A DNA stretch of 64,000 nucleotides from Escherichia phage P479. The translations under genes and the position numbers were made by a program. The notes below the pieces were generated by a model. The model worked only from the letters and a program-made list of their open reading frames with translations. It made no database searches and was not told where the DNA came from. Positions 18,720 to 27,985 of the stretch are shown here, in pieces (the first letter of the stretch is position 1; each line of letters starts with the position of its first letter). The stretch lies in sequence record MW269952.1. The stretch is one strand, 5' to 3'.

Positions 18720-19109
18720 ATGAATATAAACAAAATGTATAGCGATGTGTCTCCCGACTTATCTACAAGTTGGGATAAAGACGTTGCTAAAGTAACTGGT
18801 GCAAGGTCTGTTAAGAACAGTCTTTTGGGAATAATCACCACAAGAAAAGGGTCAAGGCCTTTTATGCCTGAATTTGGATGTGATATAAGTAATCAGCTTT
18901 TTGAGAATATCACTCCATTAATCACAGATACCATTAAACGCAACATCGTCTCCGCGGTGCGGAACTTTGAACCAAGGATAAGCAATCTGCAGGTTGCAGT
19001 TGTCCCTATGTATGATGATAACTCCATTATCGTAACGGTTCAGTTCAGCATTGTTGATGACCCTGATACCCTCGAACAAATCAGGATTCAGCTAAGTCAA
19101 AACGGTTAA
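18720..19109 (+). CDS. 25: baseplate wedge protein gp25 (gpW/lysozyme-like fold family)
   Basis: 129 aa (T4 gp25 132 aa); synteny between 26 and uvsY. Confidence 0.8.
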   Translation: MNINKMYSDVSPDLSTSWDKDVAKVTGARSVKNSLLGIITTRKGSRPFMPEFGCDISNQLFENITPLITDTIKRNIVSAVRNFEPRISNLQVAVVPMYDDNSIIVTVQFSIVDDPDTLEQIRIQLSQNG

Positions 19110-19146
19110 TGCTTTAATTTTATGGCTGTATAATGGTTCTAGACCC
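19107..19146 (+). promoter_or_regulatory. MotA-box middle promoter upstream of uvsY (equivalent of T4 P_uvsY)
   Basis: aTGCTTTA box 19109-19116, TATAAT 19129-19134, conserved GGTTCTAGACCC 19135-19146; the same position as the classical T4 uvsY middle promoter. Confidence 0.6.
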
Positions 19147-19162
19147 TTACATTGGATACATT

Positions 19163-19597
19163 ATGAAAACAGAGATTGAATATAAGTTAGAAGTCTTTCA
19201 GGATGAGTTGGATGCAGATTTAAAAATTGATGGTACACAACTTCAATATGAAACACAAAACAACGTTTTGTTGCATAGCAAATGGTTGAGATTGTATACT
19301 AACTGCAAGAAAGAAATAATGCGTCTTGAGATTCAGAAGAAAACTGCACTGAAAAAACGACTAGACCATTATACAGGAAGGGGTGACCCAGGGGAAGAAG
19401 TATGCATGGATGTATACGAGAAGTCAGAATTGAAAACAGTCATGGCCGCAGATTCAAGCGTGTTGAAGATTGATACTTCAATTCAGTATTGGGCACTGCT
19501 CCAGGACTTCTGTAGCGCTGCATTAGATGGTGTTAAGTCACGAAGTTTCGCACTTAAACATATGTTAGAAATAAGACAATTTGAGGCGGGCAAGTAA
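19163..19597 (+). CDS. uvsY: recombination mediator UvsY
   Basis: Translation ...DGTQLQYETQNNVLLHSKWLRLY...LQYWALLQDFCSAALDGVKSRSFALKHMLEIRQFEAGK matches recalled T4 UvsY; start at the internal ATG. Confidence 0.85.
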   Translation: MKTEIEYKLEVFQDELDADLKIDGTQLQYETQNNVLLHSKWLRLYTNCKKEIMRLEIQKKTALKKRLDHYTGRGDPGEEVCMDVYEKSELKTVMAADSSVLKIDTSIQYWALLQDFCSAALDGVKSRSFALKHMLEIRQFEAGK

Positions 19598-19830
19598 TGC
19601 GATATTCTATCGACGATGCGTTTAACCAAGACGAAGAGTTCGAAGAAGAAATTAAGTATATGATGAAGGAATGGAAATTGAATCGTGCAGATATTCGTAT
19701 CTGCGCTGACCACCCTTGTGGTGAAGATGTTATCTATGTTAAAGGTAAATTTGCGGGATACATCGATGATGCGTTCTATTCTCACAATATGGGAATAGAT
19801 ACTGGTATGAGATACTTTAAGGAAAATTAA
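19597..19830 (+). CDS. hypothetical protein (uvsY.-1 position)
   Basis: ORF track, 77 aa; ATGA overlap with the uvsY stop. Confidence 0.45.
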   Translation: MRYSIDDAFNQDEEFEEEIKYMMKEWKLNRADIRICADHPCGEDVIYVKGKFAGYIDDAFYSHNMGIDTGMRYFKEN

Positions 19831-19970
19831 ATGAAAAATATTAGTAAGATTCTCGACGAGATGGTTATCTCTGCAAACCGAATAACCGAAATTGTTAATG
19901 AGATGAAAGCTCGTGCTGCTATTATGAAGAACACTAAATAGATATGTAAGTTTAACTGAGGAGACAATCA

Positions 19971-20138
19971 TGTCAGATAAGATTTGTGTTGTCTGTAAAA
20001 CTCCAATCGATTCTGCATTGGTTGTGGATACAGACCAAGGTCCGGTGCATCCGGGCGCCTGTTATAATTATGTTCAGAGTTTGCCAGTTACGGAAAATAC
20101 AGAAGAGCAACTGAACGAGACCCAACTTTTAATTTAGC
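19971..20138 (+). CDS. small Cys-containing protein, 55 aa (uvsY.-2 position)
   Basis: ATG at 19971 with RBS gaggag; MSDKICVVCKTPIDS...HPGACYNY suggests a possible CxxC...C metal site. Below the ORF-track cutoff. Confidence 0.35.
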
Positions 20139-20194
20139 TAGTGTTGTTAACCATTTTTGGTTTTGCCCCTTCCTTTTGGTTGGGGCCTTTTTAT

Positions 20195-20422
20195 TTAGAA
20201 ATCTTCGTCTTCTTCGTCGTCCATATCCTCAAGCTCGGCGCGTTTACCGGCAAGAGCATCACGAACACTGATATCATCGGAATCTTTCAGTTCAGCTTCT
20301 TTGCTGCGTTTCTTATAATAGCCTTCCAACTCCTTCAGACCGTCCATGGTCTGACAGGAACCAATCTTAGCCATAAAGCCTTCAATTGATGCTTCGTACA
20401 TAATTTCTTCGAAGGATTTCAT
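20195..20422 (-). CDS. small acidic protein (positional equivalent of T4 UvsW.1)
   Basis: 75 aa with an acidic C-terminus (EDMDDEEDEDF); lies downstream of uvsW, separated from it by the HNH gene. Confidence 0.45.
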   Translation of the reverse strand: MKSFEEIMYEASIEGFMAKIGSCQTMDGLKELEGYYKKRSKEAELKDSDDISVRDALAGKRAELEDMDDEEDEDF

Positions 20423-21207
20423 TATATTTCCACCTGTTTAATAAATTTATCGACCATTTTCCCATAGTGTACTTTAGGATATCCAGCTTCGACAGCGATT
20501 TTGGTAAATCCCGTTACTTTAGGTTTATTGTTATTTATCCAAAGTAAAAATAACTCGTCATATAATAGCCAATGCGGATATTTTTTGGCATGAGTCTCTT
20601 TCCAATTTTTGGAATGGTCTTCACTTCTAAAAGATTTTTTAACACCTTTATTTGCCTTTCCCGCCTTAGAACATGTCGCATAATCACCCGCCTTGACAGG
20701 AGTAAATCCTTTCATAGCTTTAGATTTTTTGTCACGCGTTTCCTGAGACTGTTTGGACCCGGTGTTTTTTGCCCAGGCCTTTTCCAAAGCTTTTAATTTC
20801 GCGGGAGTGAATCCGACTTTTCGCATGGCGTCAATATGTATTTGGAGACGTTCTGCGGACCATTCATATGAACCATGATTATTACCCATCAAAGCTTCAC
20901 TAATTAAATGTGATGCCTTTTCTTTAAGCAGTGTAATGGTTCTTGAACTAACTTCTTTTAGGCGTCGACCGTTTGTCATACCAAATGCTGCGCGCCATAA
21001 TTTACCACCTTGTGCTTTTGCTAAAATAACATGAGCTAATATATGTTCACGAACTGTTAAAGCAACTAAATTATTAGGATGGTTGGAACCTCCAACCGAC
21101 TTTGGTATAATATGATGTATTTCAATTCGACAAGGAGCAGAGGTCTTTGTCCAACCCCTTGTCCTTGCATTTGAAATTAAATCATCGTAAATTTTTTGAT
21201 AATTCAT
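20422..21207 (-). CDS. HNH-family homing endonuclease (Mob-like)
   Basis: 261 aa; N-terminal EIHHIIPKSVGGSNHPNNLVALTVREH is an HNH motif; ATGA-type overlaps with both neighbours. Confidence 0.7.
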   Translation of the reverse strand: MNYQKIYDDLISNARTRGWTKTSAPCRIEIHHIIPKSVGGSNHPNNLVALTVREHILAHVILAKAQGGKLWRAAFGMTNGRRLKEVSSRTITLLKEKASHLISEALMGNNHGSYEWSAERLQIHIDAMRKVGFTPAKLKALEKAWAKNTGSKQSQETRDKKSKAMKGFTPVKAGDYATCSKAGKANKGVKKSFRSEDHSKNWKETHAKKYPHWLLYDELFLLWINNNKPKVTGFTKIAVEAGYPKVHYGKMVDKFIKQVEI

Positions 21208-22703
21208 AGTTCCACATGTTTCACTACATAGTTAAAACGTTCATCAGCATATCGTTGAATACGTTCAAGGCCGTGTTTAAGAAGATAGTTCAAATGAACA
21301 TATTTCTTTTTAGCGTTTGCTGATTTAGGACGGACCCCCATGTCGTCAACGATATCCCAAACATTTGCTTGCGATTTGGATGCGTGTTTTCGAAGTACAC
21401 GACCGATTGTTTGAAGGACAATTACCTTTGATTTTACACCGTGGGCGAAAATAATATGATGGAGGTTTTTAACGGAAATCCCCGTCGAGAATACACCGTA
21501 TGAAGCTACAACAATAATTCCCTTTCCATTCTCTGCCATGACCTTCAGAGCATTACGGGTTTCGGTATCGACTTCCCCAGAAACATAATACACTTTTTCA
21601 TGACCAGCTTCTTTAAGCATTTCAAACATCGATTTGCCGTGCTCGATATTCTTAAACATCAAAAAGACGTTTTCATCTTTTTTAGAAAGCTTGAGTGCAA
21701 GGTTTGTTACCCATTTATTTCGGCGTGTAGCTTTTGTAATTACCTTGATTTCATCCTGATAAGTTTTACCTTTCATTTTAACGGTGAATTCATCAGGGTA
21801 ACGAAGGAAAATACTATTTATTTTAAGGTCAGTAACCTGACCATCTTCCATCAATTTCGATGTTGATACTGGTTTAAAGATATCACCAAACAGACCCATA
21901 TATTGCATAAGGTTGGCTTTGCCATCACGGAGTGAACCTGACAGACCAAATTTAAACATGCAATTCGTAAGGCCTTCGATAACCGTCGAAATCGATTTAC
22001 CTGTAGCCATGTGGCATTCGTCATTCATAAACTGGCCAAACTGTTCAAACCATTCTTTAGGTTGTTTTACAGCCGTCTGATAAGTCGATACATAAATCAT
22101 CGCATCAGAATCGCGTTTAGTCCCAGAACGAATACCCAGACAAGCTGCACGAGGGAAAAGCCGATAATCAACAAAGTCATTAATCATCTGGTCAACAAGG
22201 GCCGTTGTAGGAACAAGGATAAGCACCTTGCCTTCATAGTTCTCGAGATAATATCGCGCCAGAAGCGCCTGGATGAGGCTTTTACCTGCAGACGTAGGTA
22301 AGTTCAGAATCTTTCTTCTGTTGACCAGACCATCATATACGGCGTCAGATTGATACCAATGGGGCGTTATCTTGGTATTGCCTGAATAGATTTCTTTTGA
22401 CTCGACCCATTTGTCGAATTCTTCGCGAGAGATTTCTTCTTTCTCGGTGATTTGCGGGTCAATCCAGAATGAATAACCAAACTGGTCAGCGAACTTTTTA
22501 ATTTGATTAACCAAACCGTATGGTAATTTACGATTGTAATCCAGGAGGCGGATTCGTCCGTCCCAAACTCCCTGCTTGAACTTTGGATTGAAGCGATAGT
22601 TTTCAGCTTCGAAGCTGAAGTAATCACGGAGTTCGTAGAAGATTCCATCTTCACATTCAACATGCACGTGACTAAAATTTAGAAAGTTGATTTTAATATC
22701 CAT
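21204..22703 (-). CDS. uvsW: UvsW DNA/RNA helicase
   Basis: N-terminus MDIKINFLNFSHVHVECEDG...LPTSAGKS (Walker A) and DECH box; matches recalled T4 UvsW. Confidence 0.85.
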   Translation of the reverse strand: MDIKINFLNFSHVHVECEDGIFYELRDYFSFEAENYRFNPKFKQGVWDGRIRLLDYNRKLPYGLVNQIKKFADQFGYSFWIDPQITEKEEISREEFDKWVESKEIYSGNTKITPHWYQSDAVYDGLVNRRKILNLPTSAGKSLIQALLARYYLENYEGKVLILVPTTALVDQMINDFVDYRLFPRAACLGIRSGTKRDSDAMIYVSTYQTAVKQPKEWFEQFGQFMNDECHMATGKSISTVIEGLTNCMFKFGLSGSLRDGKANLMQYMGLFGDIFKPVSTSKLMEDGQVTDLKINSIFLRYPDEFTVKMKGKTYQDEIKVITKATRRNKWVTNLALKLSKKDENVFLMFKNIEHGKSMFEMLKEAGHEKVYYVSGEVDTETRNALKVMAENGKGIIVVASYGVFSTGISVKNLHHIIFAHGVKSKVIVLQTIGRVLRKHASKSQANVWDIVDDMGVRPKSANAKKKYVHLNYLLKHGLERIQRYADERFNYVVKHVEL

Positions 22704-22731
22704 GATGATTCCAAGGTAATAAATATATCTA

Positions 22732-22739
22732 TATTTATA
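22732..22739 (-). promoter_or_regulatory. T4-type late promoter for uvsW
   Basis: + strand tatttata = TATAAATA on -, 29 nt upstream of the uvsW ATG. Confidence 0.55.
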
Positions 22740-22757
22740 CACTAACCGAGGTTCATC

Positions 22758-23423
22758 ATGATTGACAAGAACTACATTGAGGAAATTCGTGTCCTCGAGA
22801 AAAAAGAAGCCAAAGAAAAATTAGCCGAATATGCAGCATCACTTGGTGTTGATGTTAAGAAAACAAAAACCTTTGATAATATGTTGGCTGACCTGGAAGC
22901 AGGACTTAAAGCATTTGCTGACATGCCTATGCCTGATGATAATGAAGGCCTGAGCATCACTGACCTTATCGATGCCGATGATGAATTGTCAGGTGCTAAA
23001 TTTGATGGTGATGAGTCAGCTAAAGAAGAAGCTAAGCTCTTATTTGATGCTCCAACCGAAGCAAAGGTTGAAGTTGTTGAAATCGAAGAACCAGTTGTTG
23101 TGGTTGAAGAAGATGCTCCTTTTGTCGAAGAAAAGTTCGAAGCTGCTGTTGCTAAGGTTATCGAATCTGAAAAACCCGTATTTGCTCTGCCAAAAAACTT
23201 TAGCCCGAATTTAATGCTTATTGGTAAGAACCCTGGATTCTGCACTGTTCCATGGTGGATTTATCAGTGGATTGCCGAGACTCCAGATTGGAAAGAACGT
23301 CCAACTGCTTTCCCACATCCCACCGCACACCAAACTCTATTCAGTTTGATTTATTACATCAATCGTAATGGGTCTGTTCTAGTACGAGAAACTCGTAACT
23401 CATCTTTTGTCACTTTAAAATAA
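22758..23423 (+). CDS. Inh-like protein (positional equivalent of the T4 inhibitor of prohead protease)
   Basis: 221 aa (T4 Inh about 226 aa); lies directly upstream of hoc as in T4; acidic, Ala/Glu/Lys-rich N-terminal half. Confidence 0.4.
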   Translation: MIDKNYIEEIRVLEKKEAKEKLAEYAASLGVDVKKTKTFDNMLADLEAGLKAFADMPMPDDNEGLSITDLIDADDELSGAKFDGDESAKEEAKLLFDAPTEAKVEVVEIEEPVVVVEEDAPFVEEKFEAAVAKVIESEKPVFALPKNFSPNLMLIGKNPGFCTVPWWIYQWIAETPDWKERPTAFPHPTAHQTLFSLIYYINRNGSVLVRETRNSSFVTLK

Positions 23424-23432
23424 GGGTTTATT

Positions 23433-24566
23433 ATGGCTTATACCGTAACTATTGCTCCTTTGGCGGCTACGGCCGTTATTGGGGCAACAACAAATTTCAC
23501 TGCAACCGGTTCCGGTGCTGCAGCTGAAGGTACCGAATCATTTGTCTGGACCGTTGATGGCGTTCCTCAATCTTCTGTGACTGCTGCAATGGATTATGTC
23601 GCTGTTGGTCCAGCAGGCAGTAAGACTATTAAAGTTGTTGCAACCACCACTCCGGCAGACGGGGAACCGGAAACTGCTGAAGCTGAAACAACTTTAACTA
23701 TCCAGAATAAAACAATGCCGGCAATCACGCTGACTTTAGACCCGGCCTCTGTTACTAAAGAAATAGGGCAATCTCAAGTTGTTACTGCTAACGTGACAGG
23801 CGCTCCTTCTGGTGCAACAATCGCTTATGTTTGGAAACGAAATGCCGACGTAATCCCAGGACAAACTGGTAAAACAATCACCGTCACCGAATCGGCTGAA
23901 GCAAATTATACATTGAACTGTGAAGTTACTGTTTCAGCAGCAGATTATGATAATGGCACAGCAACTGAAGGTGCTGCTGTTATCTTTGTTAAGAAAACTA
24001 TGTCAGGTGTTTCTGTAACATTAACCCCAGAATCAATTAATGTTCCGGAAGACACCCCAGCCTCTTTTAAAGCGGATGTAGTCGGCGCACCGAGTGGAGC
24101 TACTTTTGCCTATTCTTGGAAGAAAGACGGTTCTCCTGTGGTTGGCAACACGGATACTCTAGCAATCGATACAAGCGCTGAAGGTTCACAGGTTATTGAA
24201 GTTTCTGTTGTGGTTTCGGCGACTGATTATAACCCGGCGACTGTCACAAAAACTGGTAATGTAACAGTCACGGCTAAAGTCGCACCAGTTCCAGATGGTG
24301 AACTACCTTACGTTCATCCGCTGCCAGTTCGTAATTCAGCTTATATCTGGTGTGGTTGGTGGGTTATGGACGAAATTCAGAAAATGACTCTTGCTGGACA
24401 AGACTGGAAAACTGATGCTCCAGATAGCCCGTATTATTTGCACCGATATACACTTCAAAAAATGATTACCGACTATCCAGAGGTTGATGTACAAGAATCT
24501 CGTAACGGTCGAATTATTCATCGCACCGCTTTAGAAGCTGGTATTATATACGATTACGTTTATTAA
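23433..24566 (+). CDS. hoc: Hoc, highly immunogenic outer capsid protein (Ig-like domains)
   Basis: 377 aa; repeated Ig-like segments; C-terminal ...GELPYVHPLPVRNSAYIWCGWWVMDEIQKMT...YYLHRYTLQKM...PEVDVQESRNG... matches recalled T4 Hoc. Confidence 0.85.
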   Translation: MAYTVTIAPLAATAVIGATTNFTATGSGAAAEGTESFVWTVDGVPQSSVTAAMDYVAVGPAGSKTIKVVATTTPADGEPETAEAETTLTIQNKTMPAITLTLDPASVTKEIGQSQVVTANVTGAPSGATIAYVWKRNADVIPGQTGKTITVTESAEANYTLNCEVTVSAADYDNGTATEGAAVIFVKKTMSGVSVTLTPESINVPEDTPASFKADVVGAPSGATFAYSWKKDGSPVVGNTDTLAIDTSAEGSQVIEVSVVVSATDYNPATVTKTGNVTVTAKVAPVPDGELPYVHPLPVRNSAYIWCGWWVMDEIQKMTLAGQDWKTDAPDSPYYLHRYTLQKMITDYPEVDVQESRNGRIIHRTALEAGIIYDYVY

Positions 24567-24568
24567 TT

Positions 24569-24598
24569 AAAAAGGGACCTTCGGGTCCCTTTGTTTTT
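24569..24598 (+). terminator. rho-independent terminator (GGGACC-ttcg-GGTCCC) after hoc
   Basis: Hairpin plus T-run. Confidence 0.7.
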
Positions 24599-24682
24599 AT
24601 GGTACTGTACAAACGTTGCCTGGCATAAAAACCCTGTTTACAAGTTAAAAATTCTATGATAGGATAGCTTCACTAACTCAAC

Positions 24683-24886
24683 ATGAGAATCATTATGGAT
24701 AAGGTTAAAGTACATTTTCTGCATGAATCTGGTATGACATTTATTGAAATCGCCAAGGTATTAGGCGGGACTGCTAAAGAGATGGCAAAGGCCTGGGTTG
24801 ATGTAGAACAAGCTAAAGCTAAATTTAAAACGAAAGAAAAGATTGTTTATCGTAAACGTTTGAATAACAAAAAGGTGAAGAAATGA
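24683..24886 (+). CDS. hypothetical small protein (24.3 position)
   Basis: ORF track, 67 aa; basic C-terminus. Confidence 0.4.
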   Translation: MRIIMDKVKVHFLHESGMTFIEIAKVLGGTAKEMAKAWVDVEQAKAKFKTKEKIVYRKRLNNKKVKK

Positions 24887-25146
24887 CATTCGCAGAAGAA
24901 CTACGTCAAATCGCAAAAGAATCCCAAGATAAAGTTGCAAATGACTTTATTGCTATATTCCGCAAAGTGGCAGTTGCCGCCGCTGAAAATGGCAAAGATG
25001 CTGTTAATATGGCAGTTTCTGAAAAAGAGTATGAAGAAGGAAACCGCGCAAAGATATCTGAATTTCTGCGAGCAGAAAAATTTACATCATTTACCTGGAA
25101 TTATGATTGGCAAGAAGCCAAGCCAATGCTGTATGTAAAATTCTGA
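24883..25146 (+). CDS. hypothetical small protein (24.2 position)
   Basis: ORF track, 87 aa; ATGA overlap. Confidence 0.4.
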   Translation: MTFAEELRQIAKESQDKVANDFIAIFRKVAVAAAENGKDAVNMAVSEKEYEEGNRAKISEFLRAEKFTSFTWNYDWQEAKPMLYVKF

Positions 25147-25150
25147 CCCT

Positions 25151-25190
25151 TTTTGCTTCAAATAAAAATGCGGTATAATGGTTCTAGACC
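25151..25190 (+). promoter_or_regulatory. MotA-box middle promoter upstream of rnlB
   Basis: TTTGCTTCA box 25151-25159, TATAAT 25173-25178, conserved GGTTCTAGACCCC 25179-25191. Confidence 0.55.
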
Positions 25191-25273
25191 CCTTTGCGAC
25201 TATTAATTCCTTTCAGAGAAAGTATAGTGGGTCTAATTTATAATGATATTTATAACATCAAAAGTGAGAGATT

Positions 25274-26281
25274 ATGTTTAAGAAATACAACAGCCTTGAA
25301 AATCACTATAACAACAAGTTCATTGAAAAGATTCGCCTGCAAGGCTTCACCAGCGGTGAATGGGTAGCTCGCGAGAAGATTCATGGTACCAACTTTTCAT
25401 TAATCATTGAACAAGACAATGTGACATGTGCGAAACGCACTGGACCTATCCTGCCTGCAGAAGATTTCTATGGTTATGAAATTGTACTAAAGAATTATGC
25501 TGATTCTATTAAATCTGTGCAGAAACTTTTGCAGGATATTAATTACCAGGCATACCAGATTTACGGTGAGTTTGCCGGGACAGGTATCCAGAAGAATGTG
25601 GATTACGGTGATAAAGATTTTTATGTATTTGATATCCGCGTTACTAAAGAAGATGGTTTTGAATCCGTCCTGACTGACACACTTATGGAAGCCTTTTGTA
25701 TTATTCATAAGTTTAAAGTTGCCCCGCGCCTGGCTACAGGTAGTTTTGAAGAATTAATTAAGCTACCTAATGACCTGGATTCTGTGGTCCCTGATTACAA
25801 TTTTACAGTGGATAACGCAGGATTGACTACAGCAAATACCACTGATTTTGATGCAAAGGTGGAAGGTAAAGTATTCACTGCTGAAGGATTTGTATTAAAA
25901 CCTGATGTTCCTGCATGGTTACCTAACGGCGAGCGTGTAGCGATTAAATGTAAGAACTCTAAATTCAGTGAAAAGAAAAAGTCTGATAAGCCTATTAAGG
26001 CTGCAGTGGTTCTGAGCCAAAATGATATGGATTTACTGTGGAATTTCACTGATTATGTGACTGTTAACCGTATCAACAATGTTATCAGTAAAATTGGGGA
26101 AGTAACACCGAAGGATTTTGGAAAGGTAATGGGGTTAACAGTTCAAGATATTCTGGAAGAAGCCGGGCGCGAAGGTCTTGAATTGTCCCTGACGGAAAAT
26201 CCTGTTGAAGTTAAAAAGCAACTCATCGCAAATGTAAGAGAAACATTAAGACATGTTTGGATTGCATTAGTTAGTGAATAA
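25274..26281 (+). CDS. rnlB: RNA ligase 2
   Basis: 335 aa; N-terminus [19 protein letters not shown]...[13 protein letters not shown] (ligase KxHGxN-type motif); matches recalled T4 Rnl2. Confidence 0.9.
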   Translation: MFKKYNSLENHYNNKFIEKIRLQGFTSGEWVAREKIHGTNFSLIIEQDNVTCAKRTGPILPAEDFYGYEIVLKNYADSIKSVQKLLQDINYQAYQIYGEFAGTGIQKNVDYGDKDFYVFDIRVTKEDGFESVLTDTLMEAFCIIHKFKVAPRLATGSFEELIKLPNDLDSVVPDYNFTVDNAGLTTANTTDFDAKVEGKVFTAEGFVLKPDVPAWLPNGERVAIKCKNSKFSEKKKSDKPIKAAVVLSQNDMDLLWNFTDYVTVNRINNVISKIGEVTPKDFGKVMGLTVQDILEEAGREGLELSLTENPVEVKKQLIANVRETLRHVWIALVSE

Positions 26282-26283
26282 AA

Positions 26284-26312
26284 ATAAAGGGACCCGAAGG
26301 TCCCTTTTTTAA
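26284..26312. terminator. bidirectional terminator hairpin (GGGACC-cgaa-GGTCCC) between convergent rnlB and gene 24
   Basis: Hairpin with a T-run on + and an A-run on the other side. Confidence 0.7.
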
Positions 26313-27589
26313 TTTATTTCAGTCAGAACTTTAGGAAGTTTCACACCAAGCAGTACAGACATATCTGAACGTCCTGCCATCAAATCCATATTTGTTGCAT
26401 CAATAATACGAGCTTGTTTATCATCAGCAGTCACTGTATAAGGGTTAGCTGCTAACGCATAACGAACCATTAATGCAATAGACGGCTGCAAACTTTCTGG
26501 GTCAACGACAACTTTGAACGAACCAACATGTTCAGGGTCTTCCAGGTCAAGACCTTCGGTATAAGGTGCATAAAACAGTGAACCCACCATCTCTTTCCCA
26601 CCGAAATCTTCTTTAACACCAACAGTCACATAATCAAATGGAGTGTTCGTATCGCAATAAAGCGGTAGACCATTATCCAAGAAACCATACGCATTATCGG
26701 AGAGATATTTCTCATCTTGTGGACGATGCTTCAACCAACCGGAACCAGCCAAAACTGCAGCTACACGCGTAGAAGCAACAACGTATGTTGCGGTGTAAGA
26801 AGTTGCCCGCTGAATATGGGAGACCATCTCACACATGATTTCGTACAACTTGCGTGAAGCTTCCGGAGAGTTGGTATAAGACAGGTCAATCAGGCCATCA
26901 TCACAGAGCCCAGCAACTTTATAACGCTTGGAAACTGTTACCAGGGATTGCAGGATATCTTTGTTAATTTCATCAGCCATTTCGGTAGCTAACAGGTCTT
27001 CCAGGAAGTTTGGAGCGTCAAAACCGTTTGCTTCCAGGTCCTGGGCCAGTTCCACTGTAACAGTGCTTTTCAGCTTACGAGATTTAACCGGAGCATTCCA
27101 TTTGTTAACCAAAAATTTAGCTTCGGCAATTTCAACTTCCTGTGGTCCTTCAAAACGTTCGGTGATTGCAGCTTCGGACATAATACGGATGGTCAATTTA
27201 ACCATCGCTTCTTGAAGCTGGTCATACTCATCGCCCGTTGCTCCAGCAAATGGAGTTGCTACCAGCGCTTTATAAACTACATTTTCAAACTGGAACAAAT
27301 CGTCTTTAGCATAAACTGCGCCAGCAACAAAAACCGGAATGGTCGCACGGTCTTTTGCTGATACTGCACCAGAATAGGTTGCACCAGTCTGGAAAGATAA
27401 TTCATCTTGCTGAGTCAGGTATTTAAGACCGTATAATGCCGCCAGTGGCTGGGATGTGCGCTGTTGTGCTACTAAATCGGTGTAAATCAGTTTAGTCGTA
27501 GCTCTGGTTAAAGCTACTAGATTCGGTCGACCAATCGAAGAACTTGTGGTCGTGGTCGACTCTTTTAAGAGTTCGTTAATTTTAGCCAT
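26309..27589 (-). CDS. 24: capsid vertex protein gp24
   Basis: 426 aa (T4 gp24 427 aa); synteny next to gene 23. Confidence 0.85.
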   Translation of the reverse strand: MAKINELLKESTTTTSSSIGRPNLVALTRATTKLIYTDLVAQQRTSQPLAALYGLKYLTQQDELSFQTGATYSGAVSAKDRATIPVFVAGAVYAKDDLFQFENVVYKALVATPFAGATGDEYDQLQEAMVKLTIRIMSEAAITERFEGPQEVEIAEAKFLVNKWNAPVKSRKLKSTVTVELAQDLEANGFDAPNFLEDLLATEMADEINKDILQSLVTVSKRYKVAGLCDDGLIDLSYTNSPEASRKLYEIMCEMVSHIQRATSYTATYVVASTRVAAVLAGSGWLKHRPQDEKYLSDNAYGFLDNGLPLYCDTNTPFDYVTVGVKEDFGGKEMVGSLFYAPYTEGLDLEDPEHVGSFKVVVDPESLQPSIALMVRYALAANPYTVTADDKQARIIDATNMDLMAGRSDMSVLLGVKLPKVLTEIN

Positions 27590-27614
27590 TGCTATTTCCT
27601 TTTGTGATATACTT

Positions 27615-27622
27615 TATTTATA
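27615..27622 (-). promoter_or_regulatory. T4-type late promoter for gene 24
   Basis: + strand tatttata = TATAAATA on -, 26 nt upstream of the gene 24 ATG. Confidence 0.6.
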
Positions 27623-27628
27623 AAAGTT

Positions 27629-27658
27629 GTTTACAACCAGATTAAGATAAGACATAAT
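27629..27658 (+). promoter_or_regulatory. T4-type early promoter (GTTTAC, 18 nt, CATAAT), second copy of the 4627 cassette
   Basis: gtttac 27629-27634, cataat 27653-27658, followed by gattccatactgagtta as at 4657-4673. Confidence 0.55.
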
Positions 27659-27699
27659 GATTCCATACTGAGTTAACAAACAAAACCTGGAGTTTAAAA

Positions 27700-27981
27700 A
27701 TGAACAAAGCAACTTTCCTTCTGAACACCTTTAAAAATCTGGAAATTGAAGTTATTGCCTTGGTCAACAAATACCCAAATGGTGTTAATGGTAATGCTCT
27801 GAACAAACTAGTTAAAAAATATGAAAACTTAGCATATGACACTGATTTCTGGTGGAATGGTAATTATTCTACTCACACTAAAGATAAAAATTGTAACTGG
27901 TTGAAACTTCAAGAAAACAATGTTAACTTCAGAGACCTCATCAAGCGCCGGGTAGAAGTTCATTTAAATGGTATGGTATGA
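27700..27981 (+). CDS. hypothetical protein, 93 aa, inserted between late genes 24 and 23 on the opposite strand
   Basis: ORF track; own early-type promoter upstream and terminator downstream. Confidence 0.5.
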   Translation: MNKATFLLNTFKNLEIEVIALVNKYPNGVNGNALNKLVKKYENLAYDTDFWWNGNYSTHTKDKNCNWLKLQENNVNFRDLIKRRVEVHLNGMV

Positions 27982-27985
27982 AAAC

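Noticed and set aside
20141-20195. GC-rich inverted repeat (cccc...gggg) followed by a T-run between the uvsY.-2-position ORF and the uvsW.1-like ORF as a terminator
   Set aside because: The stem is only 4-5 bp with a long loop; too weak to call confidently without an energy calculation.
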